NCBI GenBank assembly: GCA_902806325.1
Contig: CADCWE010000201.1
Location: forward strand, 1,030 to 65,029
DNA from: an uncultured Thermomicrobiales bacterium
GTDB lineage: Bacteria; Chloroflexota; Chloroflexia; Thermomicrobiales; UBA6265
DNA: 64,000 bases
Direction of reading: 5' to 3'
Numbering within the stretch: position 1 is the stretch's first letter; each line of letters starts with the position of its first letter. The position numbers were made by a program, and so were the translations under genes. The notes below the pieces were generated by a model. The model saw nothing but the letters and a program-made list of their open reading frames with translations, was not told the DNA's origin and made no database searches. Below are positions 39,973 through 48,742 of the stretch, piece after piece.

Positions 39973-40908
39973 GTGAGCGAAACCGCGATCCAGGTCCGCC
40001 CGGGTCTAGAGGTCCGCCGGCGGCGGTGGAACCGGGCCTCGTATCGCCGGAAGGTCATCCCCTGGTTGTTCGTGCTGCCGGTGTTGCTGATCAACCTGCT
40101 GGTCGTGCTCGGCCCGACCCTGGCGGCGGTCTACTACTCGATGACCGATTGGAGCGGCATCGGCGCGGCCGACTTCGTCGGCTTGGCCAACTACCGCCAG
40201 CTCTTCTTCGAGGACGATTCGTTCAAGACCGCGTTCGTCCACAACCTGATGTGGATGGCGATGTTCCTGACGGTGCCGATCGCGATGGGGTTGCTCGGGG
40301 CCAGCCTGCTGGCGCCGATCAAGCGCGGCGCGCTCTTTTTCCGGATGGCGCTCTTCATCCCCTACGTCTTGCCGAGCGTGGTCGTGGCCCACCTCTGGAG
40401 CTCGTTGATCCACCCGGATCGCGGCGTCGTCGGCTGGCTCAACGAGCGCGGCGTGTCGGGGATGGACGTCGCGTTCCTGGGGCGCGAATCGACGGTGCTG
40501 CCGACCATCGCCTTCATCGACAACTGGCGCTGGTGGGGGTTCCTGATGGTGTTGTTCCTGGCGGGGATGCAAAACATCCCGCCGGACCTCTACGAGGCGG
40601 CCCGCCTCGACGGCGCCAACCGCTGGCAGGAGTTCCGCGACGTGACCCTGCCGGGGATCCGGCCGATCCTCGTCTTCATGATCCTGATGACCGGGATCTG
40701 GTCGTTCCTGACCTTCGACCTGATCTGGATCATCACCCAGGGCGGCCCGGCCGGCGCCTCGGAGGTCCTCTCCGTGCTCGTCTTCAAGAACGCCTTCCAG
40801 AACTTCGAGGCCGGGTACGCCGCCGCGCTCGGGATCACGATGAGCTTGTTTGTCGGGTTCATCCTCTCGATCTTCGTCGTGCTGCGCCGGAGGGGGTGGG
40901 AGATATGA
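39973..40908 (+). CDS. Carbohydrate ABC transporter permease (MalF/UgpA type)
   Basis: Motifs: RRKVIPWLFVLPVLLINLLVVLGP and the EAA-type loop YEAARLDGANRWQEFRDVTLPG. I prefer the GTG at 39973 (GGGAGG upstream); the track start is GTG at 39937. Confidence 0.9.
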   Translation: MSETAIQVRPGLEVRRRRWNRASYRRKVIPWLFVLPVLLINLLVVLGPTLAAVYYSMTDWSGIGAADFVGLANYRQLFFEDDSFKTAFVHNLMWMAMFLTVPIAMGLLGASLLAPIKRGALFFRMALFIPYVLPSVVVAHLWSSLIHPDRGVVGWLNERGVSGMDVAFLGRESTVLPTIAFIDNWRWWGFLMVLFLAGMQNIPPDLYEAARLDGANRWQEFRDVTLPGIRPILVFMILMTGIWSFLTFDLIWIITQGGPAGASEVLSVLVFKNAFQNFEAGYAAALGITMSLFVGFILSIFVVLRRRGWEI

Positions 40909-41759
40909 ACCGGTCGCTCGGCACCACGACCGCCAAGGGGCGCCAGATCAGCCACGTTCCAAACTACGTCATCCTCACGGTGCTGCTCGTCTTCTCGCTC
41001 GGCCCGTTGCTGGTGATGGCCTTCAACTCCCTGAAGAGCCGGACCGACGTCGCCGACAACCCGCTCGGCCTGCCCCGGAACTTCGTCTGGTCCAACTACC
41101 GCGAGGCGTGGGACGTCGGCAACTTCTCGACCACGATGGTCAACAGCGGCATCCTCGTCGCCGCGACGGTGATCGGGGTCCTCCTGCTGGGGGGGATGGC
41201 GGCCTACAGCCTGGCCAAGCTCGATCTCCCCGGCGCGGGGGCGCTGATGCTGTTCCTGCTGGTGGTCTCCAGCCTGCCGATCCACCTGTTCCTGGTGCCG
41301 CTGTTCGTCCTCTGGCGGGAGCTGGGGCTGCTCAACACGGTCTTCGGTCTGGTCCTGATCTACATCGCCCTGAACGCCCCGCTCGCCATCTTCCTGCTCC
41401 GGTCCTACATGATCCAACTCCCGCGCGACTTCGAGGACGCGGCGCGGGTCGACGGGGCCGGCGAGTGGCAGATCTTCTCCCGGATCGTGGTCCCGCTCTC
41501 CTGGCCAGGCTTTCTCACGGTCGGCCTCGTCGTGGCGCTGGCGGTCTGGAACGAGTTCTTGCTCGCGACGGTGTTCTTGCAGGACGAAAGCAAGTTCACG
41601 GTGGTCACCAGCTACCAGAACTTCGCCACCCGGTTCAGCCGCGATTGGAGCCTGACCAGCGCGGCGGCGGTGATCATGATCGTGCCGATCGTGGCCATCT
41701 TCCTCACCTTCCAGCGCCGCTTCATCGAGGGCATGACCCAAGGGGGGACGAAGGGGTAG
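40905..41759 (+). CDS. Carbohydrate ABC transporter permease (MalG/UgpE type)
   Basis: ATG at 40905 overlaps the upstream stop (ATGA). Motif: FEDAARVDGAGEWQIFSRIVVPLS. Confidence 0.92.
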   Translation: MNRSLGTTTAKGRQISHVPNYVILTVLLVFSLGPLLVMAFNSLKSRTDVADNPLGLPRNFVWSNYREAWDVGNFSTTMVNSGILVAATVIGVLLLGGMAAYSLAKLDLPGAGALMLFLLVVSSLPIHLFLVPLFVLWRELGLLNTVFGLVLIYIALNAPLAIFLLRSYMIQLPRDFEDAARVDGAGEWQIFSRIVVPLSWPGFLTVGLVVALAVWNEFLLATVFLQDESKFTVVTSYQNFATRFSRDWSLTSAAAVIMIVPIVAIFLTFQRRFIEGMTQGGTKG

Positions 41760-41818
41760 GGGGCGCCCGTGGCCCTCCGTAGGGGCGCTGCTTGCTGCGC
41801 CCGTGGCCCGAAGGCCAC
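41757..41818. repeat. GGGGCGC-hairpin repeat, family 2 (tandem copy plus GTGGCC hairpin)
   Basis: gtagggggcgcccgtggcc, then gtaGGGGCGCtgcttgctGCGCCCgtggcc, then GTGGCC-cgaa-GGCCAC. The cluster begins at the stop codon of the permease gene. Confidence 0.6.
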
Positions 41819-41966
41819 AACGGGGGAACCAACGAACGACGACGGTCGGTCTCCGGCCGACGGGGGCGCGGCAAGCGGCGCCCCGACGGCGTGGAGATCC
41901 GGCACATGCTCCGTGGCTGCCCACGAGCCGCGACCAATGGCCGGAACGACGAGAAGTGGAGCGTTG

Positions 41967-43109
41967 ATGGATCGGAACCCGTTGGAACGCAAGGTCCGCG
42001 GCGTCCTCTACGGGGCCGCGGTCGGGGACGCGCTGGGGTCGCCGGCGGAGGGCAAGGAGCCGCCGGACATCCGCGCCCGGTACGGCGAGATCACCGATTT
42101 CGTCGAACCGTGGAACGGGCCGTCGGCGATCGGAAAGGGGGACGGCCGGTACTCCGACGATACCCACATGACGACCATCCTGAGCCGGATCTACCTCGAC
42201 GCGGACGACCACCTGGACGTGTTCCGCTTCGCCGCCGCCGTCGTCCCCCGGATCGCCGACCAGCCGATTTGGGTTCCCGAACACGGGCGGGAGATGCCGC
42301 TGATCGAGCGGCTCTTCTACCCCGAAAAATGGCTGCTGATGCGGCTGCGGTTGGCGAACGCCGACCCGCGCTTGGGCGGGATCGGCAACATGGTCAACTG
42401 CGGCGCCGCGATGTACGCCGCCCCGGTCGGGATCGTCAACGCCGGCGATCCCGGCGCGGCCTACCGCGAGGCGATCGAGATCTTCGCCGCCCACCAGTGG
42501 AGCTACGGGCTCGAAGCGGCCGGCGTCGTGGCGGCCTGCGTGGCCGGCGCGTTCACGCCGGGCACCACGGTCGACGCGATCGTCGCCACCGCGCTCGGAC
42601 TGTCCCAGGAGGGCACCCGGTCGGCAATCGCGGCGGTGGTCGAGCGCGCGCGGCGGTTCGACGACTGGCGCGCCGCGCTCGGGCCGCTGCGCGACGCGGT
42701 TCGCCCGTTCGACGGCGCCGCCTAGCAGATCCGCAACCGGGGCAACGGCACCGACGACTGGACGCCCAGCCGGGTCCGCGCGATCGAAGAGTTGCCGATC
42801 GCCCTCGGGTTGCTGATCGTCACCGGCGGCGACTACGAGGCCAGCGTCCTGGCCGCCGCCAACTACGGCCGCGACAACGACTCCATCGCCGGCATGGCGG
42901 GCGCGATCGCCGGCGCCCTCCACGGCGACGGGGCGATCCGTCCCGCCTGGATCGAGCGGATCAACGCCGCCAACCGGGTCGACTTCGACCCGCTGGCGCG
43001 CGACCTCGCGGCGCTGGCGGACCGGCTGCACCGGCGCCGGTTGACCGCGGACGAAGCACGCCACCGCCTGTTCACCGAACTTGGTTCTCAATCAACACGG
43101 CCGAGCTAG
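41967..43109 (+). pseudogene. ADP-ribosylglycohydrolase-family protein interrupted by a single in-frame TAG (42723-42725)
   Basis: N-terminal part: GAAVGDALGSPAEG and YSDDTHMT. After the TAG, in the same frame: ELPIALGLLIVTGGDYEASVLAAANYGRDNDSIAGMAGAIAGALHG (the C-terminal metal-site motif). Track ORFs 41769-42725 and 42792-43109 are in one frame (66 nt apart). Confidence 0.7.
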
Positions 43110-43145
43110 CGCCCATCGCCGGGATTCGCCAACGAGGAGGAGTTC

Positions 43146-45245
43146 TTGGCCCTGCCCAACGACTACGCGGAGCGCGTCTACGCCGGGGTGCTCGGCAAGC
43201 TGATCGGCGTCTACCTCGGCCGCCCGGTCGAAAGCTGGAAATACGAGCGGATCACGACCGAGATCGGCGAGATCGACCGCTACATGCCCGAGATCAAGGG
43301 CGGCATCCTGGTGGTCACCGACGACGACATCTCGGGCACCTTCACCTTTCTCCGCGCCTTGCCGGACAACGGCAACCGGCGCGACATCTCGGCCCAGGAC
43401 ATCGGTCACACCTGGCTCAACTACATCGTCGAAGGGCGGACGATCCTCTGGTGGGGCGGGCTGGGCAATTCGACGGAGCACACGGCCTACCTCCGTCTCA
43501 AGGACGGGATCCCCGCCCCCCGCAGCGGCTCGATTGCGCTCAACAGCAAAACCGTCGCCGAGCAGATCGGAGCCCAGATCTTCGTCGACGGATGGGCGAT
43601 GGTCGCGCCGGGCGATCCGGAGCTGGCCGCCGACCTGGCCCGCCGGGCGGGGTCGGTCAGCCACGACGGGGAGGCCATCTACGGCGCCCAGGTCGTCGCC
43701 GCGATGGAGGCCCAGGCCTTCGTCGAATCCGACACCAATCGGCTGATCGACACCGGGGTCTCGTTCATCCCGCCGGACTCGACGATCGCCCGCCTGATCC
43801 ACGACGTCCGGGAGTGGCACGCGGCGGAGCGGGACTGGCGGGCGACGCGGGACCTGATCGCCGCCAACTACGGCTACGACAAGTACCGCGGCAACTGCCA
43901 CATGGTCCCGAACCACGCCCTGATCATCCACGCCCTGCTCCACGGCGAGGACGACTTTCGGCGGTCGCTGACGATCGTCAACACCTGCGGCTGGGACACC
44001 GACTGCAACTCCGGCAACCTCGGTTGCCTGCTCGGGATCAAGAACGGACTGGCGGCGATCGACGCCTCGCCCTACGACTGGCGGGGTCCCGTCGCCGACC
44101 GGCTCTACCTCGCCACGGCCGACGGCGGGCGGGCGATCACCGACGCCGCGACCGAATCCTTCCACGTCGTCAACATCGGCCGCGCGCTGGCCGGGGAGGC
44201 GCCGCTCCACCCCAAGCAGGGCGCCCGGTTCCACTTCGAACTCCCCGGCTCCGTTCAGGGGTTCGGAGCCGAGGGCGACGGCGTCTCGGTCGAGAACGTG
44301 GTCGGGCACAGCGCGCGTGGCCAGCGTAGCCTGGCCGTCCGCGCCCGCGCCGGCGGCACGGCGCGGATTGCCACCCCGACGTTCATCCCACCCGAGGCGA
44401 TCGCGATGCGGGGCTACGTTCTCCTCGCCTCGCCGACGCTCTACGCCGGGCAAACGGTGCGGGCCGGCGTCGCCGCCGACGAATCCAACCGGCAAACCAC
44501 CACCTGCCGCCTCTTCCTCCGCGCCTACACGGGCGACGATACGTTGACCCTCGTCCAGGGGTCCGAGGCCGTTCTGGAGCCGGGCACGACCCAGGAGCTG
44601 GTCTGGCGGATCCCCGAGACGGACGGCCAACCGATCGCCCAGGTCGGCATCGAGGCGCGCCACGGCGACGGCGGATCCGGCGACGGCACCGTCTACCTCG
44701 ACTACCTCGACTGGGACGGCGCCCCGGAGGCGACGCTCGGGCGACCGGCGGCCCGCGGCACGATGTGGCGCCGCGCCTGGATGGACGGCGTCGACGATTT
44801 TCGCGACCGGTGGCCGGAACCGTACCGGATCGTCCAGAACCACGGCACCGGCCTGATCAGCCAGGGCACCGCGGACTGGACCGACTACCGGGCGGAGGCC
44901 GATGTCAAGGTCTACCTCGCCCGCTCGGGCGGCCTCGCGGTGCGCACCGGCGGGATGCGCCGCTACTACGCCCTGACGCTCGATGACGACGGGCAGGCGC
45001 GGCTGATCAAGATGCGCGACGGCCAGACGATCCTGGCCGAAGCGGCGTTCCCCTGGGACTTCGACCGCTCCTACGCCCTCGCCTTGGAGGCCGACGGCGC
45101 CCGGCTTCGCGGCTGGATCGACGGCGCGCTGCTGTTCGACGTCGTCGACGAAACCGACCCGTTGACCGGCGGCGGCGTCGGGTTGGTCTGCACCGAGGGG
45201 TGCCTGGGCAGCGAGGCGGTCCGGGTGCGGCCGGCGGAGGCGTGA
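43146..45245 (+). CDS. ADP-ribosylglycohydrolase-fold domain fused to C-terminal beta-sandwich (LamG/concanavalin-like) domains
   Basis: GAGGAGGAG SD plus TTG at 43146. ARH motifs: VVTDDDISGT and NTCGWDTDCNSGNLGCLLG. The first motif is atypical (GKLIGVYLGRPVE). The C-terminal roughly 350 aa are beta-rich, ending WTDYRAEADV..YYALTLDDDGQARL..GGVGLV. Confidence 0.85.
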   Translation: MALPNDYAERVYAGVLGKLIGVYLGRPVESWKYERITTEIGEIDRYMPEIKGGILVVTDDDISGTFTFLRALPDNGNRRDISAQDIGHTWLNYIVEGRTILWWGGLGNSTEHTAYLRLKDGIPAPRSGSIALNSKTVAEQIGAQIFVDGWAMVAPGDPELAADLARRAGSVSHDGEAIYGAQVVAAMEAQAFVESDTNRLIDTGVSFIPPDSTIARLIHDVREWHAAERDWRATRDLIAANYGYDKYRGNCHMVPNHALIIHALLHGEDDFRRSLTIVNTCGWDTDCNSGNLGCLLGIKNGLAAIDASPYDWRGPVADRLYLATADGGRAITDAATESFHVVNIGRALAGEAPLHPKQGARFHFELPGSVQGFGAEGDGVSVENVVGHSARGQRSLAVRARAGGTARIATPTFIPPEAIAMRGYVLLASPTLYAGQTVRAGVAADESNRQTTTCRLFLRAYTGDDTLTLVQGSEAVLEPGTTQELVWRIPETDGQPIAQVGIEARHGDGGSGDGTVYLDYLDWDGAPEATLGRPAARGTMWRRAWMDGVDDFRDRWPEPYRIVQNHGTGLISQGTADWTDYRAEADVKVYLARSGGLAVRTGGMRRYYALTLDDDGQARLIKMRDGQTILAEAAFPWDFDRSYALALEADGARLRGWIDGALLFDVVDETDPLTGGGVGLVCTEGCLGSEAVRVRPAEA

Positions 45246-45276
45246 CGGGAGGACGCGCATCGGCACCACGGCCCCC

Positions 45277-45375
45277 CGTCGTTCTGAGCCGGCGAAGAAC
45301 CTCTCGCCCACGGGCGACGGCGTCCCAGGAACCGACGCTGCGGCGGCAGGAGATGCTTCGCTGCGCTCCGAACGA
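45277..45375. repeat. Palindromic repeat element, family 1, copy C
   Basis: gtcgttctgagccggcgaagaacctctc (45277-45304) and ggagatgcttcgctgcgctccgaacgat (45348-45375) form an imperfect inverted repeat. The centre shares tcctgccgccgcag with copies A and D. Confidence 0.75.
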
Positions 45376-45468
45376 TCGCCTGGCGGGCAGATCCGACCCA
45401 ACCGAATGCGCCAGGGCGTGACGCCGGCAGCGGGTCGGGGGCCGTCCGGGCCAACGACAAGGAGCCTC

Positions 45469-46653
45469 ATGGCCGGACCACTGGATGGGATTCGGGTGCT
45501 CGATCTGTCGCGGCTCGTCGCTGGCGGCGCGCTCGGGATGTGCCTGGCGGACTTCGGCGCCGATGTCGTCAAGGTCGAGCAGCCGGGCCGGGGGGATCCG
45601 CTGCGGACGTGGAGCACCGACGGGCAGTCGTTCTGGTGGCGGGTCTACGGCCGCAACAAACGGTCGGTGACGCTCAACCTGGACTCGATCGAGGGGCGGG
45701 AGCTGCTGCAACAACTGGTGCCCCGCTTCGACATCGTCGTCGAGTCGTTCGTGCCGGGCAAGCTCGAACGCTGGGGCATCGGCCCGGACACGCTCCACGC
45801 CTGGCACCCCGGTCTGGTCCTGGTGCGGATCTCCGCCTGGGGGCAGGACGGGCCGGACCGCGCCCGGCCCGGTTTCGGCACGCTCGTCGAGGCGGCGAGC
45901 GGGTTGGCGGCGATGACCGGGGACCCGGACGGCCCGCCCGTCCTGCCCCCGTTCCCCCTCGCCGACATGTACGCCGCCCTCTACGCCGCGAACGCGGCCG
46001 TGATGGCGCTCTACCATCGCGACGTCCACGGCGCGCCCGGCCAGACCATCGACGTCGCGCTCTTCGAGGCGGTCTTCTCCGCCCTCGGGCCGCTCGCCGC
46101 CGAGCACGCGGCGTTGGGTCAAGTACGATCCCGCAGCAACGGCCGGTCGCGCAACACCGCCCCGCGCGGCGCGTACCGCACGGCCGACGGCGGCTACCTC
46201 GCCGTCAGCGCCTCGACTCCGGACACCGCCGAGCGGTTCCTGGCCGCCTACGGCTTGGGCGACCTGCTGCGCGACCCCCGTTTCGCCACCAACGAAGCCC
46301 GAGTCAAAAACGTCGAGGCGCTCGACGCCCTGGTGACCGGGGCGATCGCGCAGCACACACTGGCCGAGAACCGGCGGATCGTCGAGCGGCACGGCCTGAC
46401 CGCCGCGCCGATCCAAACGATCGCCGACATCGTCGCGGACCCGCATTGGCAGGCCCGCGGGTTGACGGTCGACGTCGCCGACGACCAGGGCGCGGTGCGG
46501 ATGCACACCGTCGTGCCGCGGCTCTCCGCCACCCCTGGCGAGATCCGATGGCCGGGACCGCGCCTCGGCGCGCATAATCGGGAGGTCTACGGGGAGGAAC
46601 TTGGGATCACGGCCGAGGAGTTGGACCGTCTCGAGCGGGACGGTGTCATCTAG
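45469..46653 (+). CDS. Family III CoA-transferase (CaiB/BaiF type)
   Basis: AAGGAG SD. Motifs: LDGIRVLDLSRLVAGGALGMCLADFGADVVKVE and RNKRSVTLNL. Full length, about 394 aa. Confidence 0.92.
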   Translation: MAGPLDGIRVLDLSRLVAGGALGMCLADFGADVVKVEQPGRGDPLRTWSTDGQSFWWRVYGRNKRSVTLNLDSIEGRELLQQLVPRFDIVVESFVPGKLERWGIGPDTLHAWHPGLVLVRISAWGQDGPDRARPGFGTLVEAASGLAAMTGDPDGPPVLPPFPLADMYAALYAANAAVMALYHRDVHGAPGQTIDVALFEAVFSALGPLAAEHAALGQVRSRSNGRSRNTAPRGAYRTADGGYLAVSASTPDTAERFLAAYGLGDLLRDPRFATNEARVKNVEALDALVTGAIAQHTLAENRRIVERHGLTAAPIQTIADIVADPHWQARGLTVDVADDQGAVRMHTVVPRLSATPGEIRWPGPRLGAHNREVYGEELGITAEELDRLERDGVI

Positions 46654-46696
46654 CGGTATGCCGAGAATTTTATGCGGGCGCGGCGTCCACCCGCCC

Positions 46697-46745
46697 GTCG
46701 TTCTGGGCGTGCGAAGCATCTCCTGCCGCCGCAGCCGTCTCCCGC
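46697..46745. repeat. Palindromic repeat element, family 1, copy D (half element)
   Basis: gtcgttctgggcgtgcgaagcatctcctgccgccgcagc matches the left arm plus centre of copies A and C. No convincing right arm. Confidence 0.6.
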
Positions 46746-46795
46746 CAGAGGCATCCGACCTTGACGAGCGGCCCAGGTGGCCACGCCGGTGGAGG

Positions 46796-47590
46796 ATGGG
46801 ACAACCGATGGAACCATGGCGGACCGGGGTGACCGACAGCGGGCCGGATTCGATCCGGATCCGCGGTTACGATGTCACCGACCTGATGGGGCGGTGCGGC
46901 TTCGCCGATCTGCTCTTCCTGCTCCACCGGTCGCGGCTGCCGTCGGCCGGGGAACGGCGGCTGGTGGATGCGATGCTGATTGCGAGTGCGGACCACGGAC
47001 CTGGCGCGCCATCGGCCCTCGCGGCGCGGGTGGTCGCCTCGGGCAACCGTCGCGCGCCGGAGGCCGCGGTCGCCGCCGGCATCCTCGCCATCGGGGACTA
47101 CCACGGCGGGGCCGGCGAGCAGTGCTTCGCGTTGCTGGCGGAGGGGATCGCCTGGGCACGGCGGGAAGAGCGGTCCCTGGCCGAGGCCGCGGGGTGGCTG
47201 GTCGAGCGCGCCGTGTCGCGGGCGACGCGGCTGCCCGGCTTCGGCCACCGCACCCACGCCGAAGACCCCCGCACCGGCGTGCTCTTCGCCCTCGCCCGCG
47301 AGCATGGCGTGGCGGGCGATGGGATGACCCTGATCGAAGCGATCCGCACGGAAGCGAGCCGCCGGATCCGTCCGCTCCCGATCAACGTCGATGGCGCGCT
47401 GGGCGCGGTGCTGCTCGATCTCGGTTTTGCCCCGGTCGCGGCGCGCTTCTTCTTCCTCGTCGGGCGCGTCGCCGGGCTGACCGCCCACGTCGCCGAGGAG
47501 ATGGACCGGGAGCGACCGATGCGCATCTCGATCCCCGTGGACTACGATGGTCCGGCCGCGCGATCGCTCCCGCCCGACGACAAGGACTGA
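46796..47590 (+). CDS. Short citrate-synthase-fold protein (citryl-CoA lyase-like)
   Basis: About 264 aa. IRIRGYDVTDLMG.., HGPGAPS, RLPGFGHRTHAEDPR (citrate synthase catalytic His region), INVDGALG. The large N-terminal citrate synthase domain is absent. An alternative ATG lies at 46808. Confidence 0.8.
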   Translation: MGQPMEPWRTGVTDSGPDSIRIRGYDVTDLMGRCGFADLLFLLHRSRLPSAGERRLVDAMLIASADHGPGAPSALAARVVASGNRRAPEAAVAAGILAIGDYHGGAGEQCFALLAEGIAWARREERSLAEAAGWLVERAVSRATRLPGFGHRTHAEDPRTGVLFALAREHGVAGDGMTLIEAIRTEASRRIRPLPINVDGALGAVLLDLGFAPVAARFFFLVGRVAGLTAHVAEEMDRERPMRISIPVDYDGPAARSLPPDDKD

Positions 47591-47830
47591 CCGTATCGTT
47601 CGGCTGCCAACCAAGACCCACCGGAACGCGGTCGTCACCGCGAGCGGTCGGATCCACGCCCCGGTCCACCGCCAACCGCCCGCCTTAAATGTCCCGCCCG
47701 TTGGAACCGTCCGATCGCATTGGCCGTCTCCGTCCGCTTGGCAGGCCACCGGCGCTGCCGTACCATGCCGATCGTTGCCCCGGGTCGACGAACCGACCCG
47801 GCGCTCGGCCCGGCCGCGAAAGGACCCGAC

Positions 47831-48730
47831 GTGTCCCTCTGCCTGTATCGCGACCGCGACCGCGACCGCGACCCCGCGGACGCCGCCCCGGACGCCGCCC
47901 CGCGCCTCGGCCTGATCGCGGATAGCCGCGTCCACGACGTGGCCGCGGTCGGTGGACCGGCCACGATGGCCGAGGCGCTGGCGATGCCGCTAGGCGACCT
48001 GCGCTCCCGCCTGGGCGCCGTCCTGGACGCGGCCGGGGACACGGTGGCCCTGGCCGACGTCCGGTTGCTGGCGCCGGTGGATCGTCAAGAGGTCTGGGCG
48101 GCGGGCGTCACCTATCTCCGCTCCCGCGACGCCCGGATGGAAGAATCGACCGAGAAGAGCGTCTACGACCGGGTCTACGACGCCAAGCGGCCGGAGCTGT
48201 TCCTGAAAGCCACCCCGCACCGCGTGTCCGGACCCGGCGAGCCGGTCGCGATCCGCGCCGATTCGACCTGGGACGTGCCGGAACCGGAGCTGGCGCTGGT
48301 CCTCAACGCCGACGGGGAGACTATCGGCTACACCGTCGGCAACGACGTGTCGTCGCGCTCGATCGAGGGCGAGAACCCGCTCTACCTGCCCCAGGCCAAG
48401 GTTTACGACGCCTGCGCCGCGCTCGGCCCGACCGTCGCCCTGGCTTGGGATCTGTCCGACGTTTCCGACCTCGCGATCCGTCTTTCCATCCGCCGCGCCG
48501 GCGCGATCCACTTCGAAGGCGAGTCCTCAACGTCCCAGATCCACCGCCCGTTCGCGGACCTGGTCGGCTACCTGCGCCGCCACAACCGGTTCCCGCACGG
48601 CGTCGTCCTGATGACCGGCACCGGCATCATCCCGCCGCCGGAGTTCACCCTCGAAGACGGCGACGAGGTCCGGATCGCGATCGACGGCATCGGGGAGCTG
48701 GTCAACCCGGTGGTGCGGCCGACCGGATAG
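47831..48730 (+). CDS. Fumarylacetoacetate hydrolase (FAH)-family enzyme, KdaD-like (2-keto-3-deoxy-pentonate dehydratase type)
   Basis: GTG at 47831. EVWAAGVTYLRSRD..VYDRVYDAKRPELFLKATPHRVSGPGEPVAIRADSTWDVPEPELALVLN..GNDVSSRSIEGENPLYLPQAKVY resembles archaeal KdaD as I recall it. The last 33 codons are duplicated at 49698-49805. Confidence 0.85.
   Translation: MSLCLYRDRDRDRDPADAAPDAAPRLGLIADSRVHDVAAVGGPATMAEALAMPLGDLRSRLGAVLDAAGDTVALADVRLLAPVDRQEVWAAGVTYLRSRDARMEESTEKSVYDRVYDAKRPELFLKATPHRVSGPGEPVAIRADSTWDVPEPELALVLNADGETIGYTVGNDVSSRSIEGENPLYLPQAKVYDACAALGPTVALAWDLSDVSDLAIRLSIRRAGAIHFEGESSTSQIHRPFADLVGYLRRHNRFPHGVVLMTGTGIIPPPEFTLEDGDEVRIAIDGIGELVNPVVRPTG
48623..48721 (+). repeat. Direct repeat, left copy (functional 3' end of the FAH-family CDS)
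   Basis: 99 nt, 97/99 identical to 49698-49796. Confidence 0.95.
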
Positions 48731-48742
48731 GGATCGACGGCT

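Noticed and set aside
45469-48730. Three-gene citrate-cleavage pathway with the FAH-family protein acting as oxaloacetate decarboxylase.
   Set aside because: The FAH-family sequence resembles KdaD-type 2-keto-3-deoxy-pentonate dehydratases rather than FAHD1-type decarboxylases. It is also separated from the lyase gene by 240 bp. I keep only the transferase-lyase pairing as a hypothesis.
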